A program made the position numbers and the translations under genes. Shown here in pieces: positions 39,362-50,985 of a stretch of DNA of 64,000 nucleotides (positions are counted from its first letter, which is position 1; each line of letters begins with the position of its first letter). The DNA is taken from contig CAWBYM010000004.1 in the NCBI GenBank assembly GCA_963792945.1, forward strand, positions 397,800 through 461,799, in the 5' to 3' direction. This stretch comes from an uncultured delta proteobacterium (GTDB taxonomy: Bacteria > Desulfobacterota > Desulfobacteria > Desulfobacterales > SG8-13). The notes beneath the pieces are model-generated. The model was not told where the DNA came from, searched no databases, and saw nothing but the letters and a program-made list of their open reading frames with translations.

Positions 39362-40063
39362 TCAGGTCGGGCGATATAGGTGCTGAACCCGACCCTCTTC
39401 ACCGACGATGACTTCATCGGCCAGCCCCAGGAAGAGGCCATGAGCGACGATACCGGCCCTTTGGGCCAATTTGGTTGCAAGCCCGACCGGGTCCATGATC
39501 GGACCGAAGTCGGCGTCAAGTACCAGGTTTCCCTGGTCGGTCAAAAACGGAGTGTCGTTGATGGATTGTCGCGTGCGAACTTTTGCACCGAGGGCCATCA
39601 GGTAACGCTCGATGCTTTTGCAAGCGAACGATGTGACTTCCAACGGCAGCGGGTGGCGGCTTCCCAGGTGGGGTGACAGCTTCGAGGCATCGACGACGAT
39701 GGTGTTTCGCCGACTGGCTTGGGCCAGAACCTTTTCACGCAGCAGCGCTCCGCCGCCGCCTTTTATCAGGTTCAGGGCCGGGTCGACCTCGTCGGCGCCG
39801 TCGATGGTCAGGTCGAGTACGGGATGGGTATCCAAATCGGTCAGCGGGATACCCAGTCGCGAGGCTTCTTCCGCGGTGGCCCGGGAACTCGGTACGCCAT
39901 AAACCGTCTTGATCTCGCCGAGAGCGAGGCGCTCTGCCAGTCGTTTCAGGGCCAGGGCAGCGGTACTGCCGGTGCCGAGCCCGACGGTCATGCCCGAATG
40001 AACCTGTTCGACGGCTGCCCATGCCGCTCGGTATTTATGTTCCAACTGGGAATTCACGGGCAT
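39362..40063 (-). CDS. rpiA: ribose-5-phosphate isomerase A
   Basis: GLGTGSTA motif, DGADEVD and KGGGGALLREK, all RpiA hallmarks. The ORF extends to 40093, but the ATG at 40063 has a G-rich SD and gives the usual N-terminal length. Confidence 0.85.
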   Translation of the reverse strand: MPVNSQLEHKYRAAWAAVEQVHSGMTVGLGTGSTAALALKRLAERLALGEIKTVYGVPSSRATAEEASRLGIPLTDLDTHPVLDLTIDGADEVDPALNLIKGGGGALLREKVLAQASRRNTIVVDASKLSPHLGSRHPLPLEVTSFACKSIERYLMALGAKVRTRQSINDTPFLTDQGNLVLDADFGPIMDPVGLATKLAQRAGIVAHGLFLGLADEVIVGEEGRVQHLYRPT

Positions 40064-40156
40064 GATCGCCCCCATGGTTCGTTTCGGGTTCAACCCACCG
40101 GAGTTGATGGTGGATCTGCTGAGGTTGCCCCTTTACCGTCGGAGAATGGCCAGAGC

Positions 40157-40181
40157 GCAATAAGCGAATGTCGACATTCGC
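40157..40181 (-). terminator. putative terminator hairpin after metY
   Basis: Perfect palindrome GCGAATG-TCGA-CATTCGC (40164..40181), followed on the minus strand by UUAUUG. The U tract is weak. Confidence 0.4.
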
Positions 40182-40227
40182 CGCGATTTTTCAACCCATA
40201 AGATCAAATGCAAAAAACAATACCTGC

Positions 40228-41547
<1,320 letters not shown>

Positions 41548-41898
41548 TCAGTGCGGAAATATGCGTTGCTCTCTGTGAGAGAGGATTGTGCGGAAATGGC
41601 GTTGCGTTTTATCCCATCACCGTTTGATGGACTCGGCCGGATGCAGCCCTGCCAGGCGGCTGCTTCGCACTCTCGTGCACGGGTTCGGCCTCGACCGATA
41701 TCCCCCAGCGCTGACCCATCATTTTGGGCGTTGATGTAGAGACATCGGTTCAGAATTTGACCAAAATAAGGCTATATTGGTTTTTTTCAAGGACAGGATG
41801 CTGTTGAATGATATGTCAACCGGGTTGAATCGCGCTGAAATCTGCCCCCCAAAGCCCGCTTTCTTCCTTTGAATTGAAATCTTTCATCGGCCGGTGTT

Positions 41899-43899
41899 TC
41901 AGAGCAAAGAGAGCGCTTCTTTTACCACCTGATCGGATGTCAATCCGAACTGGTGATACAATGTCTGATAGGGCGCCGATGCGCCGAAGTGATCGAGGGC
42001 CACCACTGCGCCCCGATCGCCGACATACCGGTGCCAGCCCTGGGAACAGCCGGCCTCAATTGCCACTCTGGCGGATTTTTCGGGTGGCAGGATGCGGTGG
42101 CGATAGGACTCGGGCTGGCGGTTGAAAAACTCCCAGCACGGCATGCTGACCACCCGCACGGCGACCTTCTGCCTGTTTAGTTCGGCGGCGGCGGCAAGGG
42201 CGATGTGAACTTCCGACCCACTGGCCAGGAGGATCAGGTCCGGCAAGCCGTCCGCAGGATCAGCGAGGATGTAGGCCCCTTTCCGCAGTCCGTTGCCCGG
42301 GTTGTCTGCGGTGTGTTCCAAAACCGGCAAGTTTTGGCGGGTCAGTGCCAGTGCCACCGGGCCGCCATCGTTTTCCAACGCCGCCCGCCATGCGGCAGCG
42401 GTTTCGTTCGCGTCGCACGGTCGAATGACGGTCAGGTTGGGGATGGCTCGGAGTGCGGCCAGGTGTTCCACCGGCTGGTGGGTCGGGCCGTCTTCCCCCA
42501 GTCCGATGCTGTCATGGGTGAATACATAGATCACATGTAGCTTCATCAACGCAGCCAGGCGGATGGCCGGGCGCATGTAGTCAGAGAAGATCAGGAACGT
42601 TGCCCCGTAGGGCAGGAGTCCCCGATGAAGCGCCATACCGTTCAATATGCCGCCCATGGCATGTTCACGGACGCCGAAACGCATATTGCGGCCCTGGTAG
42701 GCGCCGGATTGAAAATCCGATTCCCCGTCGATCAACGTTTTGGTCGATGGGGCCAGGTCGGCCGAGCCACCCATCAGTTGAGGCACCCGGGGCGCGATGC
42801 TGTTGAGAATCCTGCCGGATGCCACACGGGTGGCCAACCCCTTGGGATCGGCCGGAAAGGCGGGGATATCGCGGTCCCAACCCGTTTGCAGGCATCCCCC
42901 TGATGCCAAGCGCCAACGGTCCGCCATTTCCGGATAGTTTTTCGTGTATTCCGAGAGGGTTTTCTGCCAGCCCCGCTCGATTTCCGCTCCCTTTTCCGCG
43001 GTTTGGCGGAAGTGTGACGTCACTTTTTCGGGAACGTGAAAAAGGGGGGCCAGGGGCCAGCCGAGGTGTTGTTTGGTCAGCACCAGTTCTGCGGCCCCGA
43101 GTGGCTCGCCGTGAACGCCGGCGGTGTCCTGTTTGTTCGGACTGCCGAATCCGATGTGAGTTCGGACGGAGATAAGCGATGGGCGATGAGCTTCTTTTCG
43201 CGCTGTGGCAATGGCGTACTCCAGGGCGGACAGATCGTTGCCGTCCGTCACTTGCAACACATGCCAGCCATACGCGGCGAATCGGGCCAGGCGATCTTCC
43301 GTGAAAGCGATGTCGGTGCTCCCCTCGATCGAAATATGGTTGTCGTCATATAGGTAGATCAATTTGCCGAGGCCCAGGTGTCCGGCAAGGGAAGCGGCTT
43401 CATGGGAGATTCCCTCCATCAGGTCGCCGTCGCTCACGATGCCGTAAGTCCAATGATCGACAATCTCGGCCCCTGGGCGATTGAAGACAGCCGCCAGGTG
43501 CGCTTCGGCAATCGCCATCCCGACACCGTTGGCGAATCCTTGCCCTAAGGGGCCCGTTGTGGTCTCGATACCCGGCGTGAGGCCGTACTCGGGATGTCCG
43601 GGGGTTCGGCTGCCCCATTGCCGGAAACTCTTGATTTCATCGAGAGGCAGATCATAACCGCTCAAGTGCAGTAAGCTGTAAAGCAGCATGGAGCCGTGGC
43701 CGGCGGAGAGTACGAAACGGTCGCGATCCGGCCAGTCGGGATTCTTGGGGTTATGCCGCAAGAATCGTGTCCACAGCACATAGGCCATCGGTGCGGCTCC
43801 CATCGGCATGCCGGGATGCCCAGAGTGTGCTTTTTCGACCCCGTCGGCGGAGAGCATCCGCATGGTGTTGATGCACATTAAGTCGAGTTCATTCTGCAT
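41899..43899 (-). CDS. tkt: transketolase
   Basis: 666 aa with the TPP motif [31 protein letters not shown] and the pyrimidine-binding domain FGVREHAMG. Confidence 0.95.
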   Translation of the reverse strand: MQNELDLMCINTMRMLSADGVEKAHSGHPGMPMGAAPMAYVLWTRFLRHNPKNPDWPDRDRFVLSAGHGSMLLYSLLHLSGYDLPLDEIKSFRQWGSRTPGHPEYGLTPGIETTTGPLGQGFANGVGMAIAEAHLAAVFNRPGAEIVDHWTYGIVSDGDLMEGISHEAASLAGHLGLGKLIYLYDDNHISIEGSTDIAFTEDRLARFAAYGWHVLQVTDGNDLSALEYAIATARKEAHRPSLISVRTHIGFGSPNKQDTAGVHGEPLGAAELVLTKQHLGWPLAPLFHVPEKVTSHFRQTAEKGAEIERGWQKTLSEYTKNYPEMADRWRLASGGCLQTGWDRDIPAFPADPKGLATRVASGRILNSIAPRVPQLMGGSADLAPSTKTLIDGESDFQSGAYQGRNMRFGVREHAMGGILNGMALHRGLLPYGATFLIFSDYMRPAIRLAALMKLHVIYVFTHDSIGLGEDGPTHQPVEHLAALRAIPNLTVIRPCDANETAAAWRAALENDGGPVALALTRQNLPVLEHTADNPGNGLRKGAYILADPADGLPDLILLASGSEVHIALAAAAELNRQKVAVRVVSMPCWEFFNRQPESYRHRILPPEKSARVAIEAGCSQGWHRYVGDRGAVVALDHFGASAPYQTLYHQFGLTSDQVVKEALSLL

Positions 43900-43975
43900 G
43901 AGATCCCCCTTTGGGTTGTTGCCTCATTTCAATGAAAGCCATCCGGAAGTAAACGCAGTGACACGGCGCGGTTTA

Positions 43976-45535
43976 TCAAACCAGATACCGGCTCGTCGGC
44001 GGACCCTGACTTCCGGCCGGATAGGATTGGAGCCTTTCGGTTCGATCGTCGCATTTTTCGCATTCGGTTAAAATAGGGGATAGAAATGACCAGCACTGCT
44101 CCACGGCATCCTGGCGCCAGAAGAGCATCTGGTCGCCCAGCATGCAATCGAGAAGGACCTTTTCGTAAGCGTCGATTACGGGACCTGAAACTTGCTGATG
44201 GTAGTAAAAGTCCATCGTCACGTTCCGCAAGCAGACCCGCGGACCCGGAGTTTTGGTTTGAAAGGTCAGCGAAATTCGCTCCTCCGGGTAGATGCCCAAG
44301 GTCAGCCGGTTTGGGCCGACGGTTTGCCCCAGGACTTCTCGAAACATCCAATGGGGTATCTCGCGAAACTGAATGGCGATTCGGGTCAGCTTTTCGGAGA
44401 GTCGTTTGCCGGAGGTCAAAATGAAGGGCACGCCCTGCCAACGCCAGTTGTCGATGAACACTTTCATGCGGGCATAAGTCGGCGTCAAGGAAACCGGATT
44501 GACTCCCGGCTCTTCCCTATATGCAGGCACCGGAGAGTTGCCGATATTTCCCCGGTCGTATTGACCGAGAACCAGGTACTCCCTTAGGTTCTGCACCGGA
44601 AACGGTCTCAGAGAACGGAAGATCTTGACCCGCTCGTCACGCACCCGCTCGGCTTCGAACCGGCTCGGCGGCTCCATGGTGGTTAGGGCCAGCAGCTGCA
44701 TCATGTGGTTCTGGAACATGTCCCGCAGGACACCGGACTTCTCGTAGTAGCCGGCGCGGTGTTCGACACCGAGGGTTTCAGTGGCCGTCACTTCGACAGA
44801 TTTGATGTAACGGCGGTTCCACACCGGTTCGAATATGGTGTTGGCAAAGCGGAACATCAGGATGTTCTGAACCGTCTCTTTGGCCAAGTAATGGTCGATC
44901 CGGAAAACCTGGTGTTCCTTGAAATTCCGGTGAATCCCGCGGTCCAGCTCTATGGCCGACTCGAGGTCGCTGCCGAATGGCTTCTCGACCACCAGCCGCG
45001 ACCAGCCGTTTCCTTCGGCATACTCGTGCCCCAGACCGGATCGGCCCAACATTTCTGCCACGCCGCGGTAGAGGGAAGGCGGTAGGGCCAGATAAAACAT
45101 CCGGTTGCCGCCGGTATGGTCTCGCTCGCCGATTATCTTTAACCGTGAGGAGAGTTTTCGGTAGGATGCCAATTCATCGTAAATGAGCGGCGAGTAGAAA
45201 ACGGAGCCGGCGAAACGGCGCCAGGCGGAGAGATCTCCGCTTCCACCGACAACGGCGGCTTCCATTTTTCTGCGGAACTGCTGATCACTGAACTCAGTGC
45301 GTCCACAGCCGACAATCGATAAATTTTCGGGCAGCCCCCCATTCTGGTAAAGGTTGAACAGGGCCGGCATTAATTTGCGGGCCGTCAAATCTCCGGTGGC
45401 ACCGGCGATGACGATGGTGCAGGGGTCGCTGCGCTTGGGAACCCGGCAGTCATCCGGCGGTACCTCCATGTCTTCGGCCCTGATTCTGACGAGCGGCTGA
45501 TACTGGCCATGCCGGTCGGTGATCTTGTCTACCAT
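43976..45535 (-). CDS. zwf: glucose-6-phosphate 1-dehydrogenase
   Basis: ORF 43976..45847 trimmed to the ATG at 45535 (SD GGAG upstream). The longer version overlaps gnd. Motifs GATGDLTARKL (NADP binding), RIDHYLAKE (active site) and EKP. Confidence 0.9.
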   Translation of the reverse strand: MVDKITDRHGQYQPLVRIRAEDMEVPPDDCRVPKRSDPCTIVIAGATGDLTARKLMPALFNLYQNGGLPENLSIVGCGRTEFSDQQFRRKMEAAVVGGSGDLSAWRRFAGSVFYSPLIYDELASYRKLSSRLKIIGERDHTGGNRMFYLALPPSLYRGVAEMLGRSGLGHEYAEGNGWSRLVVEKPFGSDLESAIELDRGIHRNFKEHQVFRIDHYLAKETVQNILMFRFANTIFEPVWNRRYIKSVEVTATETLGVEHRAGYYEKSGVLRDMFQNHMMQLLALTTMEPPSRFEAERVRDERVKIFRSLRPFPVQNLREYLVLGQYDRGNIGNSPVPAYREEPGVNPVSLTPTYARMKVFIDNWRWQGVPFILTSGKRLSEKLTRIAIQFREIPHWMFREVLGQTVGPNRLTLGIYPEERISLTFQTKTPGPRVCLRNVTMDFYYHQQVSGPVIDAYEKVLLDCMLGDQMLFWRQDAVEQCWSFLSPILTECEKCDDRTERLQSYPAGSQGPPTSRYLV

Positions 45536-45567
45536 CGAATCATCTCCAGCCAATGGATGAGATCGGA

Positions 45568-46473
45568 TTATTGGGACGATTCCGTAGCGTGCCCGCCGAA
45601 TTCCCGGCGCAGAGCGGCGAGAACCCTTTCGGTAAATGGGTCCTGCTGGCGGGATCGAAAACGGCGCATCAGGGATATCGTGATGACTTCCGCAGGAACA
45701 CCGGTTTCGACCGCCTGGAGTACCGTCCACCGGCCTTCGCCTGAATCCTGTACTGTGCCGCGGATATCGGAGAGGTCGTTTTCCTTCCGGAATGCATTCT
45801 CGGCCAGTTCGAGCAGCCAAGAGCGAATGACGCTTCCCTGGTTCCACAGTTGGGCGATGTCGCCATAATCGAAGCCTTCGGCGTACTCCGAGGCGGAAAG
45901 AATTTCGAAGCCCTCGCCGTAAGCCTGCATCATGCCGTATTCTATGCCATTGTGAACCATCTTGACGAAATGACCGGCCCCGATCTTTCCGCAGTAAAGG
46001 TAACCGTTTTTCGGGGCCAGCGTTTCGAGGATCGGTGTTATTTTGTTAAAAATATCTCGGTCGCCCCCGACCATGGTGCAGTAGCCGACCCGGAGCCCCC
46101 AGATTCCGCCGCTGACACCGGCATCCAGGTAGTGAATTTTTCTTTCGGCCAGTATTTTCGCCCGGCGGATGTCGTCTTTGAAGTATGAGTTGCCGCCGTC
46201 GATCAGGATATCACCCGGTGAGAGCATTGCCGAGAGGGTTTGGATGTGATCGTCGACCACGTGGCCGGCGGGGAGCATCAGCCATGCGATGCGCGGTGGT
46301 TCGAGATGCCGGATGATTTCTTCCATGGAAAAGGCGCCGATGGCCCCCTCAGTGACAATCTCTTCAATCTTTTCAGCACTGCGATTGTAGGCGACGACCT
46401 CGTGACCTCCGCCGAGCAGCCGCCGGGCCATATTCATACCCATCCGCCCCAAGCCGATCATTGCGATTCTCAT
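45568..46473 (-). CDS. gnd: 6-phosphogluconate dehydrogenase (decarboxylating), short ~300-aa form
   Basis: 301 aa. N-terminal Rossmann IGLGRMG and a C-terminal 6PGDH domain (HFVKMVHNGIEYG). First gene of the gnd-zwf-tkt cluster. Confidence 0.85.
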   Translation of the reverse strand: MRIAMIGLGRMGMNMARRLLGGGHEVVAYNRSAEKIEEIVTEGAIGAFSMEEIIRHLEPPRIAWLMLPAGHVVDDHIQTLSAMLSPGDILIDGGNSYFKDDIRRAKILAERKIHYLDAGVSGGIWGLRVGYCTMVGGDRDIFNKITPILETLAPKNGYLYCGKIGAGHFVKMVHNGIEYGMMQAYGEGFEILSASEYAEGFDYGDIAQLWNQGSVIRSWLLELAENAFRKENDLSDIRGTVQDSGEGRWTVLQAVETGVPAEVITISLMRRFRSRQQDPFTERVLAALRREFGGHATESSQ

Positions 46474-46678
46474 GTAAAACCTCCCAATGAGCTGCGGTTG
46501 TGCTATGCGTTACTTTCTGAATCCCCAAAGACATTCAAGCGTTAACATATCCATGAAAATGGCACGGGGGAAGGGGGGCGATGAATAATCACCGCTAAAG
46601 CCCCGGCTTTGCTGGGGAGGCTTGCAAGGTTCGACAGTCCCTGTTGTCAGCAAAGAACCTGCGGCGATGATTGTGACG

Positions 46679-46730
46679 ATAAAAAACCCAAAAGGCCGAT
46701 GTAGATATCAACGAGCCGGTGGCCTCTTGG
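46679..46730 (-). terminator. candidate intrinsic terminator about 240 nt downstream of the helicase gene
   Basis: On the minus strand, CCAAGAGGCC...GGCCUUUUGG (10 bp including one G-U) is followed by GUUUUUUAU. The 23-nt loop is unusually long. Confidence 0.45.
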
Positions 46731-46968
46731 AAGTAAACCGCCGATATCCGGCAAGGTGTATAAGATGTTCCATTTTCGGACGTTTCCCGAAGGCTGCGTA
46801 TCTGTCGTACACTGAAAGCGAGTGGGGGGAGTACCGCTATTGACCGAGGCCGCGTACGCGGCCGATCGAACCATTGTTCGAAGCTGCAACCCACCGGGGG
46901 CGGACAAGAATCGAGATTCGAAACCCATCCAACAGTCATCCACCCTGAGAGCCCGACAAGTCAACGGC

Positions 46969-48333
46969 CTAAGAATGTGAGCCGTAGGTTCTCTTCCGCG
47001 CCTGCGCGGCTTTTACGAGCGGAGGGACATGAACGTCGACGTAATCGAATACACGGGCGTTTGTCTTTCCCGGAGCAGGCCTCAGTATTCTTCCCAAATA
47101 CTGAATCACTCGTCCACTGAAACTTACCGGTGTCGCCATGAAGAGAGTGCTCAGGCCGGGGCAGTCGAACCCCTCGCCGACAAGTTGACCGGTGGCGATC
47201 AAAACCTGGATGTCACCCGCGTGGAGGCGATCGAGTACGGACAGTCTTTGGCCGCTGCTCAGGTCACCGGTTAAGACATCGGCTTCGAGGTGATGGCCGA
47301 ATTTCAGCAAGGCATGAAGGATTTCGCAGTGTTTCTTGCGGTCGGACAGAACGAGACAGACGCCCTCCCGGCCGGCCGCTTCTGTTGCGACATCACCGGC
47401 GATGAGGCGGTTTCTCTCGTCATTGGCCGTCAATTCGGCCAGCATTTTGCTATATTCGTGGACCGGATCGAAGAAGGGCTTGAAATCGGTTTCACGAAAA
47501 ATGATGTCGGCTGGCAGGACATTGCCGGATCGAATCAAATCCTGCTTCTCCACCTCGTGATGAACATCGCCCAGATGCCAAAAAATCAGCCGGGAGAGAT
47601 TGTCGCGCCGCCAGGGTGTGGCGGACAAACCGAGCATGTAGCGCGCGTCGAAATCCGTCACGGCGTCGGTAAAGGTCCGGCTGGGGGTGCGATGGCATTC
47701 ATCGACCACCAAGTGCCCGATTTTCGGAGCCACCTCATCGGTACACTTGTACAGGGACTGAACCAAGGCGACGGTTATCTTCTTTCCGATTTTCTTTTTC
47801 CCTCCGCCGATGAAGCCGATGTCTTGACCGGCCTCCCCCAAGAATTCTTCTATACGATTGACCCACTGGTGGGCCAGGTCTTTGGTATGGACGACAACCA
47901 GGGTCGGTTGCTGGCGCTGGGCGATAATGTAAAGCGCCATCACTGTTTTGCCAGATCCGGTGGGGGAGTTCAGCGTACCGAACTCCTTGGACAGCATCCG
48001 CTGAACCGCCTGGCGCTGGAAAGGGCGCAGCCGCCCGTCGAAGGTGAAACTTACGGGCGGCAGGGTGCGGCGCCGATCTTCGATGGCGTAGTCGATTTTG
48101 AGTCTGCGGCAGGTGGTGATCAATTGGCGGATGTAGCCGCGGGGGATTGACAGCCGGCGGCCGCGGAGACGTCTATAGAAGCGCAGCTCTTTTTTGACGC
48201 CTCGGTTCCAGCGGCCCATGCGGGCGTTTTCGACATATTTGGGGTTGGGGAACTTCAGTTTTTCCGTCAACAGCTCATAAAGATGCGGCGGAACATCGCT
48301 GAGCTCGAGGTCGTTTTCCAGAATAAGGTTCAA
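46969..48333 (-). CDS. superfamily-2 DEAD/DEAH-box helicase (type III restriction Res/XPB-like core) with a unique ~100-aa N-terminal domain
   Basis: 454 aa with motif I SPTGSGKT, motif II VVDECHR, motif III LSATP and a C-terminal helicase domain (LSDRKKHC..GEGFDCP..FMATP). The antisense ORF 47290..48150 is a shadow. Confidence 0.85.
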   Translation of the reverse strand: MNLILENDLELSDVPPHLYELLTEKLKFPNPKYVENARMGRWNRGVKKELRFYRRLRGRRLSIPRGYIRQLITTCRRLKIDYAIEDRRRTLPPVSFTFDGRLRPFQRQAVQRMLSKEFGTLNSPTGSGKTVMALYIIAQRQQPTLVVVHTKDLAHQWVNRIEEFLGEAGQDIGFIGGGKKKIGKKITVALVQSLYKCTDEVAPKIGHLVVDECHRTPSRTFTDAVTDFDARYMLGLSATPWRRDNLSRLIFWHLGDVHHEVEKQDLIRSGNVLPADIIFRETDFKPFFDPVHEYSKMLAELTANDERNRLIAGDVATEAAGREGVCLVLSDRKKHCEILHALLKFGHHLEADVLTGDLSSGQRLSVLDRLHAGDIQVLIATGQLVGEGFDCPGLSTLFMATPVSFSGRVIQYLGRILRPAPGKTNARVFDYVDVHVPPLVKAAQARKRTYGSHS

Positions 48334-48370
48334 TCCACCGCACTCCGTTGGGGCTGCCCGGTCGGTATGA

Positions 48371-48625
48371 TTACCGTCCTTGTTTCAACAGAGCCTGGGC
48401 GATGTCGATATCGTAAGCCTGCTTGGGATCGATCGCCCCACCCTTGTAGATCTTCGCGGCCTCTTGGATGGCGCCGTATGGAACCCATCCGTGCGTTTCC
48501 CAGAGAACCGAATCATCGGAATTCCACATCCGGAAACAGATTTCTCCGTGCATTTCCTTGACATAGATGCGGAAGTTTTTATTGAGCGGATTGGGATAAT
48601 AGTACAATCCCAGGTCGTCTTTCAT
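48371..48625 (-). CDS. small hypothetical protein (84 aa), translationally coupled to the upstream gene
   Basis: ORF 48371..48715 trimmed to the ATG at 48625, which forms an ATGA overlap with the stop of the 48622..50739 gene. SD GGAGAA lies upstream. No family recognised. Confidence 0.6.
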   Translation of the reverse strand: MKDDLGLYYYPNPLNKNFRIYVKEMHGEICFRMWNSDDSVLWETHGWVPYGAIQEAAKIYKGGAIDPKQAYDIDIAQALLKQGR

Positions 48626-50739
48626 GCAGATTTCTCCGGATCTTTTATCGACCCCCGTTCTTTGCCAGCAATCTGGCGGATCAGCGTCGATACCTCGGTG
48701 GTGGATTCCTTGCACGCCGTACCGCGGCAGATATGAGCGGTCGCCTTGCCTTGTACGACCTGCAGCCCGTCGGTGTAACCGGCAATTCCGGCCAGGCGTT
48801 CCGCGTTGCGATCGGTCTTTACCAACGTGATCTTGTTGGGGGTGAAGTTGATGTTCAAAGCCTGAAGCATTTCAAGCGTGTCGGATGCGTCAGGCTCGCC
48901 GGTGATTACCACTTCCTGCCCCGGATTTAAAGCAAAATCGAGACCGACAAGAAGGAAGGTGAAGGCCGATGGATGAGAGGCGACGGTGCCGGAGAAGGAT
49001 CGGACCAGTAAATGGGCGTATTCGTCCCAGTGGGCGTCGCCCGTGATCCTTGCGAGGCAGAGCATATTGTATAGCGCCACCGAATTGGCCGACGGAAGGG
49101 CCCCGTCGTAGAGCTCCTTGGGTCGAACCGGCAGGTCGAGGGTCGCTGCTGCCGTAGAATAAAATCCGCCACTCTCGGCATCCCAGAAATCGGTCAGCAT
49201 CATCTGCTGCAGGGACAGGGCGTTCTCAAGCCAGGCTGGATCGAATGTCGCCTGGTAGAGCTCGAGCAGGCCAAAGACAAAGTAGGCATAATCGGCCGCC
49301 TGTCCGGAAACGGCAACCTCACCATCCCGGTAGCGGTGGTAAAGCCGTCCGTCTTCGTTCCGCATGGTCTCCAGGAGGAACTTCGCGGCTTTAACGGCTG
49401 CCCGGGTCAAGACGGCGTCTCCCAGAATCCGTCCTCCGCGGGAAAGAGCAGCTACCATCAGGCCGTTCCAGTCCGCCAGTACTTTATCGTCCTTAAGAGG
49501 GTGGACGCGCTTCTTTCTCTCTTGGAACAAACGCGTGCGGATGCCTTCCCAACGGTGAAGAAATGCCTCTGGATCGAGGCCCATCTTGCGGGCGAGTTCG
49601 TCGGGGCGGAGTTTGAGGTGGAGGATGTTCGCACCGGTCTTGGCGCCGCTGGCTTCATCATGAAAGTTCCCGCCCGGTTCGACGTTCAGCGCACGGGCCC
49701 ATTGGCCGGCGGCTTCGTCTCCCGTGGCGGTTCGGAATTCTTCTTCGGGCCAAATATAGAACTTTCCTTCCTCGCCTTCACTATCGGCATCTTCCGCCGA
49801 AAAGAAACCACCTTGCTCGGCCTGCATGTCACGCAGGACATAGGCGAAGATTTCGCGAGCCGTGCGGGCGAAGAATGGATTCCGGGTGATCTGGTAGGTC
49901 TCGATGTAGGCCAGTGCCAGGAGCGCCTGGTCGTAGAGCATTTTTTCGAAATGAGGCAGCAACCAGCGTCGGTCGGTCGAGTAGCGGTGAAATCCGAATC
50001 CGACGTGATCCCAAATCCCGCCCAGCCTCATCTCCGTCAGCGTCTTCTCGACCATCTCCAGGGCGTGCGGGTTGCCGGCCCTATGGTAACACCGCAGCAG
50101 GTACAACAACCGATGCGGGGTCGGGAACTTCGGGGCCGAATCGAAACCGCCGAAGCGGGAGTCGAAACTCTGCTCGATGTCCGAATAGGCCCGTTCGAGA
50201 AGGGCCGCATCCGGGTCACTGGCTGCGGAAAAGGTGAAGGCCTGATCGAGGTGTCCGGCGATATTGTCGGCCGAGGTCGTCAATTTATTTTTCTGTGAGA
50301 CCCAGAGGTCTTTAACCTGTTGGCAAAGTTCGACGATTCCGGCTCGCCCGAAGCGGGTGTTCTTGGGAAGGTAAGTGGCAGCGAAAAAGGGCTTCTTGCC
50401 AGGGGTCATAAAGATAGTCAGAGGCCAACCACCGCTGCCTGTAATCATCTGGCAGGCGGCCATGTAAACAGCATCGATGTCCGGGCGTTCTTCGCGGTCG
50501 ACTTTGATGCAGATGAAGGTGTCGTTCAAGAAGCCAGCCGCCTCTTTGTCTTCGAAGCTCTCTTTTTCCATGACATGGCACCAGTGGCACGTGGCGTAGC
50601 CGATAGAGAGAAAAACCGGCTTGTCAAGCCGGTGTGCCGCTTCGAAGGCCATTTCCGACCAGGGGTACCACTCCACCGGGTTGTGGGCATGCTGGAGAAG
50701 ATAGGGGCTTTTTTCATCGATCAGTCGATTGGTGGTCAT
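48622..50739 (-). CDS. thioredoxin-domain (DUF255) plus six-hairpin glycosidase-like protein (YyaL / SPATA20-like)
   Basis: ORF 48622..50907 trimmed to the ATG at 50739. [51 protein letters not shown] is the typical DUF255 N-terminus. The antisense ORF 49336..50298 is a shadow. Confidence 0.85.
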   Translation of the reverse strand: MTTNRLIDEKSPYLLQHAHNPVEWYPWSEMAFEAAHRLDKPVFLSIGYATCHWCHVMEKESFEDKEAAGFLNDTFICIKVDREERPDIDAVYMAACQMITGSGGWPLTIFMTPGKKPFFAATYLPKNTRFGRAGIVELCQQVKDLWVSQKNKLTTSADNIAGHLDQAFTFSAASDPDAALLERAYSDIEQSFDSRFGGFDSAPKFPTPHRLLYLLRCYHRAGNPHALEMVEKTLTEMRLGGIWDHVGFGFHRYSTDRRWLLPHFEKMLYDQALLALAYIETYQITRNPFFARTAREIFAYVLRDMQAEQGGFFSAEDADSEGEEGKFYIWPEEEFRTATGDEAAGQWARALNVEPGGNFHDEASGAKTGANILHLKLRPDELARKMGLDPEAFLHRWEGIRTRLFQERKKRVHPLKDDKVLADWNGLMVAALSRGGRILGDAVLTRAAVKAAKFLLETMRNEDGRLYHRYRDGEVAVSGQAADYAYFVFGLLELYQATFDPAWLENALSLQQMMLTDFWDAESGGFYSTAAATLDLPVRPKELYDGALPSANSVALYNMLCLARITGDAHWDEYAHLLVRSFSGTVASHPSAFTFLLVGLDFALNPGQEVVITGEPDASDTLEMLQALNINFTPNKITLVKTDRNAERLAGIAGYTDGLQVVQGKATAHICRGTACKESTTEVSTLIRQIAGKERGSIKDPEKSA

Positions 50740-50985
50740 TTGGCGATACCTGTCATGAATGAATTCTTCTATCTTCCGGATGCCGTGTCCAGTTCGTGCA
50801 CCGTCAGTATGCATTTTTAAACGATACGTCAATGGCCGGTCCCGGAGCCTAAAGTGCACGCCTGCTTCGTCGAAGACCGCCGATCCAAGCATGATACTCG
50901 TTGCCACGGACCGGCTGCAGGCCGGTTGCAGTGTTCCAGTGGTGAGAGGGGGCAGAAGAACGGCCTCGTCCCGCTCCGGCAGCGC

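Noticed and set aside
43976-45847. 623-aa version of zwf and the long N-terminal extensions of ORFs 2493..3563, 33897..34979, 34310..36016 and 48622..50907
   Set aside because: The extensions are Arg/Pro/Gly-rich and overlap the preceding genes. Internal ATGs with SD sequences or stop-start overlaps give proteins of canonical length.
46612-46645. tmRNA-like 5' end (GGGGAGGCUUGCAAGGUUCGACAG resembles GGGG...GGAUUCGACGGG)
   Set aside because: There is no complementary 3' acceptor strand ending in CCA-type sequence, no T-arm (GGUUCGAxUCC stem-loop) and no plausible tag ORF ending in ..AA-stop on either strand within 500 nt.
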